This document shows positions 17,561 to 27,976 of a stretch of DNA of 50,466 nt, piece by piece (the first letter of the stretch is position 1; every line of letters starts with the position of its first letter). Origin of the DNA: Anaerolineales bacterium. GTDB lineage: Bacteria; Chloroflexota; Anaerolineae; Anaerolineales; Villigracilaceae. The translations under genes and the position numbers were made by a program. The notes below the pieces were generated by a model. The model did not search any database, had not been told where the DNA came from, and saw nothing but the letters and a program-made list of their open reading frames with translations. The DNA lies in the NCBI GenBank assembly GCA_031389865.1, contig JANMSY010000409.1, positions 1 through 50,466 of the forward strand. The letters run 5' to 3'.

Positions 17561-18457
17561 ATGCGTAGATTGCAATATTCAATTTTATATCTGCTGGTGT
17601 ATCTGACGATTCTCTTCAACATTGAACGCATCGATGTCAAGGGAGAAACTGTGATCGATCTTGCGACAGCGATCTATGTGTTGACCGTAATAGCGATCAT
17701 AATGATTTTATCCATCAAGTGGTTGAAAACATTACATCAGCCGACTTTGCTACTTCTTTGGACCACAGCATATCTTGCCACGAAGATGATGCTGATATCC
17801 CAGCGTCCGCTGGCGGGTGGCATTTATACCTATCTTTCATTCACGGAATTGGCGTTATTTCTGGGCGCCGTACTTCTAGCCCAAAATGTAGCATGGAATA
17901 TGGAAGAGTTTGAACAAGCCGTTAAAAACTTCGCCTTCGCGAGAATCCCCAGGATCAAGCGAGTTCAAGAAATGCAGGGCAAAATCCAGGCTGAAATATA
18001 CCGCAGCCGACGTTTCCAACGCCCTCTGTCGATCATTGTGTTGGAAACGGATTGGAATAGTCTTCAGACAAACATTGACAAGGTAGTCCAGGATGGACCG
18101 CGAATTCTTATGGAACAGTCCATCTCTGCAATGATGATCAGCGAGTTGTCGGCGCAGCTGCGACAGACAGATCTACTGGTTGAGCACGACAAGAATGGCA
18201 GATTGATCATTATCAGCCCAGACACTGACCAGACTGGAGCAGAAACGTTGATAAACCGACTTAAGCCATTAGCTCAAAGTGCAGCTTTCTCAATAAAATT
18301 CGGTGCTGCTACTTTTCCAGGTCATGCATTAACTTTTGAACAGTTGCTGGAACACGCAGAAATTAATTTGCGACAGCAAATAGACAGCCGAATTCACATG
18401 GACTTAGCCGAAAAGCTCGAACCGGCTGAGAAAGATCAGGCCCTTTATGCAGAATAA
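17561..18457 (+). CDS. Membrane protein (about 4 TM) with degenerate GGDEF domain retaining the RxxD I-site (PelD-like)
   Basis: EIYRSRRFQRPLSIIVLE, LRQTD-LLVEH-DKNGR-LIIISPDT, FGAATFP..EQLLEHA. ATG after ggagg. Confidence 0.75.
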   Translation: MRRLQYSILYLLVYLTILFNIERIDVKGETVIDLATAIYVLTVIAIIMILSIKWLKTLHQPTLLLLWTTAYLATKMMLISQRPLAGGIYTYLSFTELALFLGAVLLAQNVAWNMEEFEQAVKNFAFARIPRIKRVQEMQGKIQAEIYRSRRFQRPLSIIVLETDWNSLQTNIDKVVQDGPRILMEQSISAMMISELSAQLRQTDLLVEHDKNGRLIIISPDTDQTGAETLINRLKPLAQSAAFSIKFGAATFPGHALTFEQLLEHAEINLRQQIDSRIHMDLAEKLEPAEKDQALYAE

Positions 18458-18562
18458 CGAAAAAATTTGGTGGAGCACTAAAGATCTACAAAGCGCGTAG
18501 AGCCTACATTTGGCGATTATTTATCTTATTGTTTTTGAGAGTTAGAGTATTGGAGGTTAACC

Positions 18563-19273
18563 ATGGCAAGAGTTCTTAATTTACCTGATCAATCTGTGAA
18601 TTCCTGGTCTGTTCGTCCACAGTATTCGTGGATCGATAAAATAGATCCGGACAAGGCGTTATTTAAGGGACCTGCATATCTCACCGCCAAACGTATCATG
18701 GATATAACATTGATTTTGCTGGCGCTGCCTTTCCTGGCACCCATAGTTTTATTGATTGCTTTCCTTATCAAGCTTGAATCACCAAATGGGCCTCTGATCT
18801 TTCTGCAAAATCGTACCGGCAAGGATGGCAAACGCTTCAAAATGTACAAGTTTCGCTCCATGGTGCCCAATGCAGAAGAGTTGAAAAAGGAGCTGGCTCA
18901 CCTTAACGAGCTGAAATGGCCAGATTTTAAAGTTACAGACGATCCTCGAGTGACTCGTGTGGGACACATTTTACGAATAACCAGCCTGGACGAACTTCCG
19001 CAGTTGCTAAACGTTCTCAAGGGAGACATGAGCCTCGTAGGGCCGCGTCCAACATCGTTTGCACCCGATACTTATGATTTATGGCAAACCGAGCGGCTGG
19101 AGGTTGTGCCAGGCATTACAGGTCTATGGCAGATCCTGGGGCGTGGAGAAACCGAGTTCTACGAGCGTTTACGGTTGGATATAGCATACATCAGGCGTCG
19201 TAGTGTCTGGCTGGATGTTCAGATCTTACTTCACACGATCCTGGTCGTAATTTCCCGAAAGGGCGCATACTAG
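18563..19273 (+). CDS. Priming sugar (phosphoglycosyl) transferase, Bac_transf family
   Basis: [55 protein letters not shown]. Confidence 0.95.
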   Translation: MARVLNLPDQSVNSWSVRPQYSWIDKIDPDKALFKGPAYLTAKRIMDITLILLALPFLAPIVLLIAFLIKLESPNGPLIFLQNRTGKDGKRFKMYKFRSMVPNAEELKKELAHLNELKWPDFKVTDDPRVTRVGHILRITSLDELPQLLNVLKGDMSLVGPRPTSFAPDTYDLWQTERLEVVPGITGLWQILGRGETEFYERLRLDIAYIRRRSVWLDVQILLHTILVVISRKGAY

Positions 19274-19350
19274 GTAACAAATCGATTAAAATCAAAATAA
19301 TCGATATGTGACACAATCAACGATTTTTTATTCAAATGGAGGTAGTAACA

Positions 19351-20985
19351 ATGGACCAATCTATGTTTCTAAATGTTGTTCGGCGTTATTTATGGCTTTT
19401 TGTGGCAGCTACTGTGGTTGCCAGCCTTACAACGCTTTTTCTGCTTAACGGACAACCTCGCGTATACGAAGCGAAAACCAGGCTGCTAGTGGGCCCAACG
19501 GTGGATAATCCCAGTCCGGATTTGAATGCTTTGCGGATAGGAAGTCAATTAATGCAGACCTATGCAGATTTGGTGACTACCCGTCCGTTCCTGGAGGCTA
19601 TTAACAATAAGCTGGAACAGAAAGTCAATCTGGAGGCACTCGGCGCCATGATCGAGACTAAACAAAACGCCGACACCCGCATATTAACGATCATTATACG
19701 CAATCGAGATCCAAAGGAAGCTGTTGTCATTGCAAATGCTGCCGCGCAGTCTCTCGTCGAAATGAGCCCTTCCAAAGATAATACAACTGAATTGCTTCGC
19801 ACACAGATGAGAGACCAGTCTCACCAGTTGGAACAGATTATCACCAACGCTGAGACGTCCATACAGGATCTTGAAGCCAAGCTGGTTACATTGGGAGACG
19901 CTCCGCAGCAAAGCACGGAAGGAGCACCGAGTACTCTGGACCAGCAGACCCTTATCATTAAGCAGCTCACAGACGAGCGCGGTCGCTTATCTGATGCGCT
20001 CAGAACGCTGGCAACCATCTACCAGGTGTTGTTGGACACAAATACCAACCAGCTTCAGATCATTGAACCCGCCGGGGCAGTATTCCCTGTCAATCAAAAT
20101 CTGTCACTGCGGGTAACCGCGGCCGCGCTCGCTGCATTGCTGCTTGTGATGAGTATTGTTTTTGCCTATGAATATTTTGACGATACGATCCGCGTCCCGG
20201 GGGATTTCACCAGGGCTGTCCGGGTTCCACTGCTGAGTACCATTGGGAAGCATGATCGCCTGGATAGTTCCGGACGCGGACGGGTTGTTACTTCCGCCCA
20301 GCCCACATCCCAGGCTGCCAATAGTTACCGTACGGTCGCTGCCAAACTGCTTTTCTCCATCGGCAAATCCATGCCTTACACCTACCTGTTAAGCAGTGTT
20401 GGATCACAGTCTGAAGATGATACAGCCATGGCCACAGCGAATCTGGGTGTGGCCTTTGCCCAGGCGGGGAACCGGGTAGTGCTGGTCGATGCCCAATTCC
20501 ATAATCCCGTATTGACAAAGCTATTCGAAGCCAACGGTAAAGCGGGATTGTCCGATCTCCTGGAAAACAAATCCTCACAACTGAAACTCATGCCTGTAAA
20601 AGATATGTCTAACGTTCAACTCCTGCCTGCCGGTATGGCCCCTGAAAAATGGCCGGGTGCGATGTTAAATTCTGCGAACGTTGCCAGGCTGGTCGAAGAA
20701 CTTCAACAGGTGGCAGACATTGTATTGGTTGCCGGTCCTCCCATTTCAGGGTTTGCCGAAAGCCTGGCGCTGGCTTCTCATGTAAATGGCGTCATCCTGA
20801 CAGCACGGTATGGAGAAACACACAGCAAGATGATCAACGATGTGGTCGAGAGCCTAAGCGGCTTAAACGTCCAATTGGCTGGTGTTATTTTTGAACAAAA
20901 TCCATCCCCTTCACCTAAATCTAAAGCACCCAAGGCAAGCGGGCCGATTGAAAAAAGCAACATACCTGAGCAAATATCGAAGTGA
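19351..20985 (+). CDS. Polysaccharide co-polymerase (Wzz/Wzc-like) with degenerate tyrosine-kinase domain
   Basis: N-terminal TM, P.VYEA, coiled coil, second TM, YEYFDDTIR. The CpsD-like domain lacks GKS/T and the Tyr cluster. ATG at 19351 after ggagg. Confidence 0.85.
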   Translation: MDQSMFLNVVRRYLWLFVAATVVASLTTLFLLNGQPRVYEAKTRLLVGPTVDNPSPDLNALRIGSQLMQTYADLVTTRPFLEAINNKLEQKVNLEALGAMIETKQNADTRILTIIIRNRDPKEAVVIANAAAQSLVEMSPSKDNTTELLRTQMRDQSHQLEQIITNAETSIQDLEAKLVTLGDAPQQSTEGAPSTLDQQTLIIKQLTDERGRLSDALRTLATIYQVLLDTNTNQLQIIEPAGAVFPVNQNLSLRVTAAALAALLLVMSIVFAYEYFDDTIRVPGDFTRAVRVPLLSTIGKHDRLDSSGRGRVVTSAQPTSQAANSYRTVAAKLLFSIGKSMPYTYLLSSVGSQSEDDTAMATANLGVAFAQAGNRVVLVDAQFHNPVLTKLFEANGKAGLSDLLENKSSQLKLMPVKDMSNVQLLPAGMAPEKWPGAMLNSANVARLVEELQQVADIVLVAGPPISGFAESLALASHVNGVILTARYGETHSKMINDVVESLSGLNVQLAGVIFEQNPSPSPKSKAPKASGPIEKSNIPEQISK

Positions 20986-20992
20986 TAGGCAG

Positions 20993-21017
20993 CAGCGCGG
21001 CGCTACAGGCCGCGCTG
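20993..21017 (+). other. Intergenic GC-rich hairpin inside the EPS operon
   Basis: cagcgcggc-N7-gccgcgctg with no clear U-tract. Confidence 0.5.
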
Positions 21018-21051
21018 ACCCGCTTTGTGATGCAATTGATCCCCTTCACGT

Positions 21052-22638
21052 ATGAATCTTAAAACTCCTTCGGCCATTGCGGCTCCTGCCGCGCCTATTA
21101 ATCAAGCCACGAAAAAGCATCTGCGAGGTTCTGCGCTGCTATTGGTGGGTCGTGTCATCGCAATGGCCACGAACTTTGCGATCCAGATTTTGATCGTGCG
21201 TTATTTATCGAAAAGTGAGTACGGTGCCTTTGCCTATGTTATGTCACTAGTTTCGCTGGGGTCGAGTCTTGCGGTTTTCGGAATGGATAAAACCGTCACC
21301 CGATTCTTGCCCATTTATCAGGAAAGAGGCGAACATCCCAAATTGTTTGGCACCATGATCCTGATGGTGACGACAATTCTCTCGCTTAGCTTCTTTTTGG
21401 TTTTGTTGATCTTTGGTTTCCAGGGCTGGCTTTCAGAATCGTTGATCAACGATCAACAGGCAGTCAGGCTTTTACTTCTGCTTGTTTTTTTGGTCCCAAT
21501 ACAAGCATTGGATAGCCTCATGGTTGGGATGTTGGCCATTTTCTCCAGGCCAAGCACGATATTTTTTCGAAGACACATTCTGGGCCCCGGCTTGAAACTT
21601 TTGGTGGTCCTGCTGCTGATGTTGCTGGGGCTGAATGTGTATTTCCTGTCAACAGGTTATGTGGTTGCAGGTGCTTTGGGAGTCACGATCTATTCTGGAA
21701 TTCTGATCCGTGATCTCCGCCAAAACCAGGAGTTATGGAAACATTTTGATTTTCAGAAGATAAAGTTTCCCATTAAGGAGATTTTTGGCTTTAGCACCCC
21801 TTTACTTACCACCAATCTTGTTTATGTGATCAGAAGCCAGCTGGTTGTTGTACTTCTACAATACTTTCGCAGCACGCTCGATGTAGCTACTTTTCGTGCC
21901 GTACAGCCCGTTGCCGATTTGAATACCGTGGTGATTCAGAGCTTTAGCCTTCTCTTTATGCCAGCCATGGCACGCATGTTTGCTAAAAAAGATCGGCAAG
22001 GCATTAATGATCTGTATTGGCAGAGCGCAATCTGGATTACAGTTATCTCCTTCCCGATTTTTCTTGTTACATTCTCGCTTGCCGAGCCCCTGACACTCCT
22101 GCTTTTTGGAGAGCGTTACGCTCAATCTGGATTGATTATGGCGTTGCTTGCATTCGGCTATTACTTCAACGCTGCATTGGGCTTTAACGCAGATACGCTG
22201 CGTGTGTATGGCAAACTTCGTTACACGGTGGCCATCGATTTTCTGGCAATGTTGATCAGCGTGGGACTTAGCCTGATACTGATTCCTCGATACGGAGCAG
22301 TAGGGGCAGCCTTGGGAACATGTGGAACTCTGGTTCTGTACAATATCCTAAACCATATAGGGTTAAAGTTTGCCACCGAGATTAATCTGTTCAAGTGGCG
22401 CTACTTCAAAGTGTATGCAAGCATCGCGCTGGGAACTCTGAGTCTGATGATTTTACAGAGATTGGTATCTCTTCCCATCTATATTGACCTGGTACTTGCA
22501 GGACTCATCTCACTGATTGTGTTATTGATTAACCGTAATGTTCTCAACATCGAAGAAACATTTCCTGAATTGTTGCGTTTCCAAATCGTCCGGTTTCTCT
22601 TCCAAACTCATCGCAGAAAAGCCCAATTACCCCTATGA
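21052..22638 (+). CDS. wzx: Flippase (Wzx, polysaccharide biosynthesis protein)
   Basis: RYLSKSEYG, many TM segments, LIPRYGAVGAA. Confidence 0.88.
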   Translation: MNLKTPSAIAAPAAPINQATKKHLRGSALLLVGRVIAMATNFAIQILIVRYLSKSEYGAFAYVMSLVSLGSSLAVFGMDKTVTRFLPIYQERGEHPKLFGTMILMVTTILSLSFFLVLLIFGFQGWLSESLINDQQAVRLLLLLVFLVPIQALDSLMVGMLAIFSRPSTIFFRRHILGPGLKLLVVLLLMLLGLNVYFLSTGYVVAGALGVTIYSGILIRDLRQNQELWKHFDFQKIKFPIKEIFGFSTPLLTTNLVYVIRSQLVVVLLQYFRSTLDVATFRAVQPVADLNTVVIQSFSLLFMPAMARMFAKKDRQGINDLYWQSAIWITVISFPIFLVTFSLAEPLTLLLFGERYAQSGLIMALLAFGYYFNAALGFNADTLRVYGKLRYTVAIDFLAMLISVGLSLILIPRYGAVGAALGTCGTLVLYNILNHIGLKFATEINLFKWRYFKVYASIALGTLSLMILQRLVSLPIYIDLVLAGLISLIVLLINRNVLNIEETFPELLRFQIVRFLFQTHRRKAQLPL

Positions 22639-23795
22639 ACATGCATCAGACCACGGTTTTTACCGATCATATCCGCGAGCACGCGCCTGCATATTTTCCG
22701 TGTTTCGTATCACAGCAGATTCATGTTCAATTGCTGGATAAACAGAAACGTCCTTCGGCCGTGCTCTACCGTTTTCGTGTAAAGGACGATGCACAAAGTC
22801 GTTCCGTCTTTGTGAAGGTACCTCTTCGTAACTCAACTTGCGGCCAACCTAATGGGAGTGTTCACGAAAAACCTTTGCTCTTCCAAAGAACTGAATCCGG
22901 CGATATGCACTGGCTTCAATATACGGCCCTTACGAACATCCACAAGTATTTTGCCAGTCTAGATAAAAAACAACTTGGAGCGATTCGTGTGCTTGATTAT
23001 TTACCCCAATACAATGCCATCTTTACTGAGGAATCGAGTGACCCGAAACTTCAGAAACTTTTTTTGAGAGAGAGCCGTTTGCGTTCCCCGTTTACTTATG
23101 GTGAACTCACTGCGGCATTCCAGAATGCAGGGACATGGCTGCAGATGTATCACAGGATGCCGAAAAAAGAGGACGTTGAAGTCCGTCACCAGCACCGCGA
23201 AGATTACATTGAAGCGGTCACCAAGCTTACAGATTTCCTGGCAAAGTCATGGGGGCACGAATCGTTTTTCAAGCAAACTGCTTCGATAATCGTCAACAAA
23301 GGACGGGAAATACTTCCCGAATCGCTGCTTCTTGGCCTGGGTCATGGGGATTATGCCATGCGGAACATTCTCATTGGCCCAAACGCTCGTGTGACTGTTC
23401 TTGACACATTTGCCAAGTGGCGGACCCCGATTTACGAGGATATTGGATACTTTCTGAACGGACTCAAGATGACGTATCCCCAGGTCATCTCTCAGGGACT
23501 TTTATTCAGGTCGAGCCAGCTGGATGCATATGAACAAGCGTTTCTTAAAGGGTATTTCGGGTCAAGGAGCATCCCTTATCCCATCATCCAACTTTACGAG
23601 ATCTTGGCATTGCTGGACAAGTGGGCAAGCCTTCTCATGCATTATCACCGACGAAGTGCCAAGCTAAAGACTTTCGGTTGGGCAAAGGCCACGGTGGCGA
23701 GCCGCTACTTCAAAAGAAGTGCACAATCCCTTCTCAGGCAAATTAACGGAGTTGAAAAAGGCAGCAGATCTACGGCTGTGGAGCGAAGCTATTAG
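22635..23795 (+). CDS. Aminoglycoside-phosphotransferase/protein-kinase-like fold protein
   Basis: VFVK, HGDYAMRNILI, VLD and YEDIGYF motifs. Confidence 0.7.
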   Translation: MNMHQTTVFTDHIREHAPAYFPCFVSQQIHVQLLDKQKRPSAVLYRFRVKDDAQSRSVFVKVPLRNSTCGQPNGSVHEKPLLFQRTESGDMHWLQYTALTNIHKYFASLDKKQLGAIRVLDYLPQYNAIFTEESSDPKLQKLFLRESRLRSPFTYGELTAAFQNAGTWLQMYHRMPKKEDVEVRHQHREDYIEAVTKLTDFLAKSWGHESFFKQTASIIVNKGREILPESLLLGLGHGDYAMRNILIGPNARVTVLDTFAKWRTPIYEDIGYFLNGLKMTYPQVISQGLLFRSSQLDAYEQAFLKGYFGSRSIPYPIIQLYEILALLDKWASLLMHYHRRSAKLKTFGWAKATVASRYFKRSAQSLLRQINGVEKGSRSTAVERSY

Positions 23796-23821
23796 CTGCG
23801 CTGTCAGTTGAGGAAGCACAT

Positions 23822-25111
23822 ATGATGCGAGAATTACTACAACAAGACCAGAATACATCGCTGGCGCAAGTAGGTAATCAGCAACAGTTAAAGGTTGCTT
23901 ATATTATGTCGCGGTTTCCCAAGTTGACGGAAACTTTTATCCTTTACGAAATGATAGCGGTGGAAAAAGAAGGTGTTCAAATCGAGGTGTATCCACTCTT
24001 GAAGGAGAAAACCAAAGCCATGCACCCGGAGGCGGTGTCGTTTGTTGAGTCAGCCCACTTCCAGCCATTTATCTCCTCGTCCATCATACGTGCAAATTTG
24101 CATTTCCTCCGACGGAAACCAGGTGCGTACCTTGGCACACTTTGGACATTGTTGCGAACCAATTGGGGCAGCTTTCGATTTCTTACCGGTGCCCTTGGGA
24201 TATTTCCTAAATCAGTTTATTTTGCCTACCAGATGGAAGTGGAGAACATAAACCATGTTCATGCTCACTTCGCCAGTCATCCTGCTGCGGCGGGGTTCAT
24301 TATCCATCGTTTGGTTGGAATATCCTATAGCTTCACCGCACACGGTTCAGATCTCCATCGTGACAGACACATGCTGCATGAAAAAGTTGCTGAGGCAGCA
24401 TTTGTTGTGGCCATATCGAATTACAACAAAGAGCTGATCGTCTCGGAGTGTCAGGGAAATTACCGTGATAAGGTGACAGTTATCCATTGTGGGGTGGACA
24501 CGGAGGTTTTCCGATATCGTTCCAATGAAACGCCCCATGAAAAAGGGGACCGTCCTTTTATGATCCTCTGTGTAGGTACTCTGCATGAGGTGAAAGGACA
24601 GGAGTATCTTATCAAGGCTTGCCGCGAGTTGCAGGAACGAGGCATCGACTTCCGGTGCCACTTTGTGGGTGATGGCCCGGACAGGGAATCTCTTGCCAGG
24701 CTTGCTGACGATGCTGGTATCTCGGAGAAAGTGCATTTTCATGGGCAACAAAAACAGGCCGCAGTTGCTCAACTGTTACAAGATGCAGATGTTCTTGTGG
24801 CACCAAGTGTCCCGACAAGTGACGGCCGTCGTGAGGGTATCCCAGTTGTTCTCATTGAAGCCATGAGCAGTGGTGTTCCTGTGATCGCCAGTAATATTTC
24901 TGGTATTCCTGAACTGGTAATGGATAAATACACAGGTCTACTGGTCCCCCCCAGGGATGTTGCTGCCCTGGCAGAGGCCTTGGAACATTATTATCGCGAT
25001 CCAGCTTTGCGGGAGCGCCTGGGGTATTCAGCTAGGAAGAAGGTTGTAGATGAGTTTGATCTTTATAAAAATGCGGCGAGACTCGTACATCATATTAGTC
25101 TGGAGGATTGA
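23822..25111 (+). CDS. Glycosyltransferase family 4 (WcaL-like)
   Basis: SRFPKLTETFI, HVHAHFA, FTAHGSD, EGIPVVLIEAM, GIPELV. Confidence 0.93.
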   Translation: MMRELLQQDQNTSLAQVGNQQQLKVAYIMSRFPKLTETFILYEMIAVEKEGVQIEVYPLLKEKTKAMHPEAVSFVESAHFQPFISSSIIRANLHFLRRKPGAYLGTLWTLLRTNWGSFRFLTGALGIFPKSVYFAYQMEVENINHVHAHFASHPAAAGFIIHRLVGISYSFTAHGSDLHRDRHMLHEKVAEAAFVVAISNYNKELIVSECQGNYRDKVTVIHCGVDTEVFRYRSNETPHEKGDRPFMILCVGTLHEVKGQEYLIKACRELQERGIDFRCHFVGDGPDRESLARLADDAGISEKVHFHGQQKQAAVAQLLQDADVLVAPSVPTSDGRREGIPVVLIEAMSSGVPVIASNISGIPELVMDKYTGLLVPPRDVAALAEALEHYYRDPALRERLGYSARKKVVDEFDLYKNAARLVHHISLED

Positions 25112-25114
25112 ACC

Positions 25115-26287
25115 ATGATCCTGGTTTTATTTTGGGGCTCGATATTTCTGATAGTGTATACATACGTGATCTTTCCTGTTCTGATCCTTCTTCGAGGACT
25201 GATTTGGCCGCGACCCTATAAAAGTGAGGAGATCATCCCTCTACCTTTGATTAGTGTGATTATTGCTGCCTATAATGAAGAAAAAGCAATTGGGGAAAAG
25301 CTGGAAAATATTTTGTCACTGGATTATCCGCGAGATCGATTGGAGGTATTGATTGCTTCAGATGGGTCGACGGATGGCACGGACGCAATCATACAAGGTT
25401 ACGAAGGACGTGGAATAAAGCTGTTGTCTCTGCCCCGGCAGGGCAAAGCTGCAGCCCTTAACACCGCGGTCGCTGCTTCCAAAGGCGAGATTCTGGTGTT
25501 TTCTGACGCGAACAGCATATACAAAGCCGATGCTCTGCGTGCTCTCGTCAGGCCTTTTGCTGACCCAGGGATAGGTGGCGTCGCTGGCAACCAATGTTAC
25601 GTGAAAAAAAATGGCGCAAGTTTTGTTGGTGCAGGCGAGCGTAGTTACTGGGATTTTGATAGAATCATGAAACAGTTTGAAAGCAGGGCAGGCAACACCA
25701 TTTCTGCAACAGGAGCAATTTACGCAATCCGCCGTTCGTTGTTTCAGGATGTTTTGGAAGGTGTGACCGATGATTTTTTTACTTCCACCAGCGTCATTGC
25801 ACAGGGCTACCGACTGGTTTTTGCAGCAGATGCAGTCGCCTACGAACATCCTGCGGTGAAAAGCAGTATGGAATTCGGGCGGAAAGTGCGAGTCATTACC
25901 CGTGGCTTAAGAGCAGTCTTTGTTGCCCGGCGCCAGTTGCTCAATCCCTTCCGCTACGGATTTTATGCGATCCAGCTTTTTTCTCACAAAGTCTTGAGAC
26001 GCATTATTGTTTACCCTCTTTTGCTTTTGTTACTTGTGACTCCGCTACTATGGGAAAACGCTCTATTTTATAAATTGCTGTTGGTTGGACAGGTGGCATT
26101 TTATAGTCTCGGTCTGGTGGGGCTGCTATTGGAAGGAAATCACTTCGGGCGGCTGAAAATATTCACCATTCCCTTCTACTTTTGCATGGTCAACGCGGCA
26201 GTGTTGGTAGCCACGATAAAAATAATGCGGGGCCAGCAGATCAAACGCTGGGAGCCCCAGCGCGAAGCAGAAACCCTGAAGTCATGA
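25115..26287 (+). CDS. Glycosyltransferase family 2, membrane-bound
   Basis: IIAAYNEE, SDGSTD, GKAAALN, FSDAN, TDDF and C-terminal TM segments. Confidence 0.93.
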   Translation: MILVLFWGSIFLIVYTYVIFPVLILLRGLIWPRPYKSEEIIPLPLISVIIAAYNEEKAIGEKLENILSLDYPRDRLEVLIASDGSTDGTDAIIQGYEGRGIKLLSLPRQGKAAALNTAVAASKGEILVFSDANSIYKADALRALVRPFADPGIGGVAGNQCYVKKNGASFVGAGERSYWDFDRIMKQFESRAGNTISATGAIYAIRRSLFQDVLEGVTDDFFTSTSVIAQGYRLVFAADAVAYEHPAVKSSMEFGRKVRVITRGLRAVFVARRQLLNPFRYGFYAIQLFSHKVLRRIIVYPLLLLLLVTPLLWENALFYKLLLVGQVAFYSLGLVGLLLEGNHFGRLKIFTIPFYFCMVNAAVLVATIKIMRGQQIKRWEPQREAETLKS

Positions 26288-26329
26288 GTTGCACACTCTG
26301 AAGCACAATCAGAGTGCCCATATAGAGAC

Positions 26330-27898
26330 ATGATCTCAGGCAGTACAAAAAACCATTCCATATCGAAATATCTAAAATTAGCCAAGATAATGATTATTAT
26401 AAATTCCAATATCAATAGTACCAGGCACACAGGATATTCCCTGTTTGTAAAGTTTTTTATCTGTTTCACCTTTATTGTCGGGCTTTCAAGTTGCACAACA
26501 CCGACTGTGGAAAGTGCCCCTACTGCCAGCCCGACACAAACCCGTGTGGAAGCAGAACCCACTCAAACGCCTGAACAATTGTCGCATACGACAGGAACTT
26601 CGAGAGGCTATCTGACCACCCCACAGGAATTGACGGCCATCGCAAAAAAGGCTGAACAGGGTATAGAGCCGTACCAGAGTGCCGTAAATGATGCAATCCA
26701 ATGGGCAGATAAGGAATGGAAATATGAATTCAAAGCCCATGAAAACTGTTCCAGCGCGGATAGGCCTGCCTGGAACGACAATGGTGGAGGAACTCCAATA
26801 TTGTATGCCAAGGCACTGGCGTATCATCTCACCGGAGATGTCCGATACGCGGAAGAGGTAAAAGGCATCCTCGAACGTATTATGACGGAGGTTGAGAGGA
26901 TTGACGATGATAACCAGCAATGCCGGCTGGTTTTTGGATGGGGTACACCGGAGCTGGTCGCTTCAGCAGACTTGATCGAAGATCATTGGTGGAACCAAAC
27001 CTGTACGGGTCCGACCGGTACCCAATATGCAGACACACAAATAGGAACCGGAAATTGTAAGCAGCTTTTCCAGAATTGGCTTGCCAAAAATCCATATTAT
27101 GTTGTATCGTATTCTGCCGAAAACGGTAAAAGCAATTGGGGAGCGGCTGCCACTAATACAATCGCCTATATCGCTGATTACCTGTGGGATCGCCCAGAGA
27201 TCATACTGGTTCACCGAACCCCCCCGCAAAGAAACGATGGCAAAGATCTAATGATGACGCCTGCGGAAGCCTATGCTTATGCAAATCAGCTGGCACTTGA
27301 CCGAATGAACGGATATGGCGTCGAGTCTGGCAGCAGTACTTCGTGTGATTACCTCAGTGGGAGCCAGCAAAGCAGCCAATGGCCGCCGGTCAAATCACAG
27401 ATCAGTGAACTGGGCATAATACCGGAAGATGCCCGACGTGAGCAGGACTGTAATATCCCCGTTTACAATGGCGAATACCAAAATTATCCTCAGATCCATT
27501 TGGGAAACAACATCCAGCAGTGTGAACTGATGCTGCGCCGTGGCGACGCCTCTTGTTACGACAATATAGACAACTCGGATATCCCTGATTACACATTCAT
27601 TGGACCTGATGGGATATCCAGGACGACTCACCTGTATCCCGGTAGAGGCTCCATCGAACGGGCAATTAAAGCCATCATTGTGGATTCAAATACAGAATGG
27701 CGCCACGACTCAGCGCTGGAAGTCGCCCTTCGATATTATTACAGTCATCGCACACTGCCAGGATTCGAACAATGGGCTGCGGAATTAAACAGTCGGCCTC
27801 ATGACTGCAGCCAGGACATTTGTTTTGGTACCCTGACCCACGGATTTTCGATCGAGGACGAATCCCCGGCATTGCCTCCAACCGTCCCACCCCCCTAA
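26330..27898 (+). CDS. Putative lipoprotein, alginate-lyase-like alpha/alpha-toroid polysaccharide lyase
   Basis: Lipobox LSSC, Thr/Pro linker, ALAYHLTGD.RYA, SNWG. True start may be 26390 or later. Confidence 0.6.
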   Translation: MISGSTKNHSISKYLKLAKIMIIINSNINSTRHTGYSLFVKFFICFTFIVGLSSCTTPTVESAPTASPTQTRVEAEPTQTPEQLSHTTGTSRGYLTTPQELTAIAKKAEQGIEPYQSAVNDAIQWADKEWKYEFKAHENCSSADRPAWNDNGGGTPILYAKALAYHLTGDVRYAEEVKGILERIMTEVERIDDDNQQCRLVFGWGTPELVASADLIEDHWWNQTCTGPTGTQYADTQIGTGNCKQLFQNWLAKNPYYVVSYSAENGKSNWGAAATNTIAYIADYLWDRPEIILVHRTPPQRNDGKDLMMTPAEAYAYANQLALDRMNGYGVESGSSTSCDYLSGSQQSSQWPPVKSQISELGIIPEDARREQDCNIPVYNGEYQNYPQIHLGNNIQQCELMLRRGDASCYDNIDNSDIPDYTFIGPDGISRTTHLYPGRGSIERAIKAIIVDSNTEWRHDSALEVALRYYYSHRTLPGFEQWAAELNSRPHDCSQDICFGTLTHGFSIEDESPALPPTVPPP

Positions 27899-27976
27899 CC
27901 TTTCGGATACAGAATTCCTCTCAGGCAAAGATGTATTCTCTTTTAGACTTTTCCAATACAAGTACGAGGTAAAACG

